Origin: a virus
Lineage: Duplodnaviria; Caudoviricetes
IMG/VR virus record: IMGVR_UViG_3300032024_000088
Location: 1 to 45,397 of that record
Length of the DNA stretch: 45,397 bases
Reading direction: 5' to 3' (one strand)
Of the stretch, positions 44,450 through 45,397 are shown one piece after another. The notes below the pieces were generated by a model, which saw only the letters and a program-made list of their open reading frames with translations, made no database searches and had not been told where the DNA came from. Position 1 is the stretch's first letter. Each line of letters starts with the position of its first letter. Position numbers and translations under genes: made by a program.

Positions 44450-44776
44450 ATGGCAGTTTTATTGTTCCCCTCCAAGGTTCCCGGCAGCACCATCACCCTG
44501 ACGTTCCCGTTTGCTGGGCAGATGATCTTTGGGGAACTCGCCATCGGTCTGTCAGTCAATGTAGATGTATTCACCGGCACAGATGCCAGCCCAACCGCCC
44601 TGCTGCTGGGGACGCCTGCATTTGATGCGAGTAACACCAAGGTACTTCAACAAATACAAGGTGGCTTGCCCGGCGTAACTTACACTGTTATTGGCGCGAT
44701 GACTACAGATGCTGGTAATATCTACACTGTAACTGGTCGGTTGGCAGTTGTGGAAAGTCTTGGGCAATTTGCCTAA
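44450..44776 (+). CDS. Fibre-tail adaptor-like protein
   Basis: QQIQGGLPGVTY..TT..GN motif; homologous to the internal domain of 1837-4023. Confidence 0.65.
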   Translation: MAVLLFPSKVPGSTITLTFPFAGQMIFGELAIGLSVNVDVFTGTDASPTALLLGTPAFDASNTKVLQQIQGGLPGVTYTVIGAMTTDAGNIYTVTGRLAVVESLGQFA

Positions 44777-44777
44777 A

Positions 44778-44794
44778 CGTTTCATCCTGAAACA
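44778..44794. promoter_or_regulatory. parS-like palindrome CGTTTCA-TCC-TGAAACA
   Basis: Directly after a stop codon. Confidence 0.65.
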
Positions 44795-44826
44795 ATTTCT
44801 AACGGCAACATGATAGGAGTGGGAAA

Positions 44827-45264
44827 ATGAGCAAAAGTGACGTTTGGGAAAATGACCTGCTGAAGTTGATCTTTACCAATGTGGATATTGCTACTATTGG
44901 CGATGCTGGAGGACTGCGAGGTAGTGTTGCTGCTGGGAATCTTTGGATATCCCTCCATACGGCTGACCCTGGAGAGGCTGGCACGGCAGTTACCAACGAA
45001 ACCGCCTACACCGGGTATGCTCGGCAGGCCCTCGTTCGAGGGGCGGGTTTTACTGTCACTGCCAACTCTGTTAGTCCCTCCGCAGATGTGGACTTCCCGG
45101 CTGCTACCGCATCCCCTGGCGCAGCTATTACTCACTTCGGTGTGGTAGCAACAGCCAGTGGTGCAGGTAAACTCTTGTACAGCGGCACCCTCACCCCTAA
45201 CATCACAATGGCTATTGGGGTGATTCCAAGGGTGAAGGCTACCACCACAATCACTGAAGATTAA
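44827..45264 (+). CDS. Phage tail-fibre-associated structural protein (paralog/allele of 1201-1641)
   Basis: AGGAG RBS; LHTADPGEAG..ETAYTGYAR; ends TITED. Confidence 0.75.
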   Translation: MSKSDVWENDLLKLIFTNVDIATIGDAGGLRGSVAAGNLWISLHTADPGEAGTAVTNETAYTGYARQALVRGAGFTVTANSVSPSADVDFPAATASPGAAITHFGVVATASGAGKLLYSGTLTPNITMAIGVIPRVKATTTITED

Positions 45265-45300
45265 GAACGTGATAAGCTCCTACATACAGGAACGTAGCTG

Positions 45301-45397
45301 ATGGCTATTGCTGCGCGACTTGTAGGAAAGGGTGCTGCCGCAGCAGCGTCTACAACCACTGCTGCCGGCACGTCGTCTGTCAGCGGAAGCACATTCC
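45301..45397 (+). CDS. 5' fragment of a tail-fibre gene (variant of 1837-4023)
   Basis: MAIAARLVGKGAAAAASTTTAAG; the last 55 nt are identical to 1879-1933. Confidence 0.75.
   Translation, partial: MAIAARLVGKGAAAAASTTTAAGTSSVSGSTF

Noticed and set aside
7727-44794. Palindrome half-sites TG(A/T)AAC as -35 elements for the virion ECF sigma (SigW/SigX-like)
   Set aside because: No conserved -10 element 16-17 bp downstream in the sites checked; dyad symmetry and a site at the convergent junction fit a dimeric DNA-binding protein better.
1-45397. Integrase, repressor, RNA polymerase, tRNA or rRNA genes
   Set aside because: No recognisable motifs found by eye; absence not confirmed computationally.

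Overview
A near-complete ~43.5 kb dsDNA tailed phage genome with podovirus-type architecture. Its spanins imply a diderm host, probably a proteobacterium. The + strand carries terS, tail-fibre/adaptor genes, terL, portal, GroES-like chaperonin, scaffold, capsid, P22-like tail, lysis cassette and three ejection proteins. The - strand carries early genes plus a replication module: ligase, Cas4-like nuclease, AAA ATPase, SSB-like protein, ParB-methyltransferase, split PolA and a DUF3987-type helicase. The last 55 nt repeat 1879-1933 exactly, so the contig is probably a circle with a 1.9 kb side branch, or it broke at a duplicated tail cassette. Three observations stand out. (1) The 1968-aa ejection protein contains a complete RpoE-like ECF sigma factor and a PcfJ-like domain, bracketed by repeated prepilin-like (Q/V)xG|F/A-hydrophobic motifs, which suggests a virion-delivered, processed sigma factor. 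(2) The early region holds an array of integron attC-like sites with genes in inverted orientation and no integrase. (3) Ten parS-like palindromes (TGTTWCA-N3-TGWAACA, plus one canonical 16-mer) are spread across gene junctions in a genome encoding a ParB-HTH-methyltransferase fusion. All calls come from reading motifs by eye; no database searches were run.
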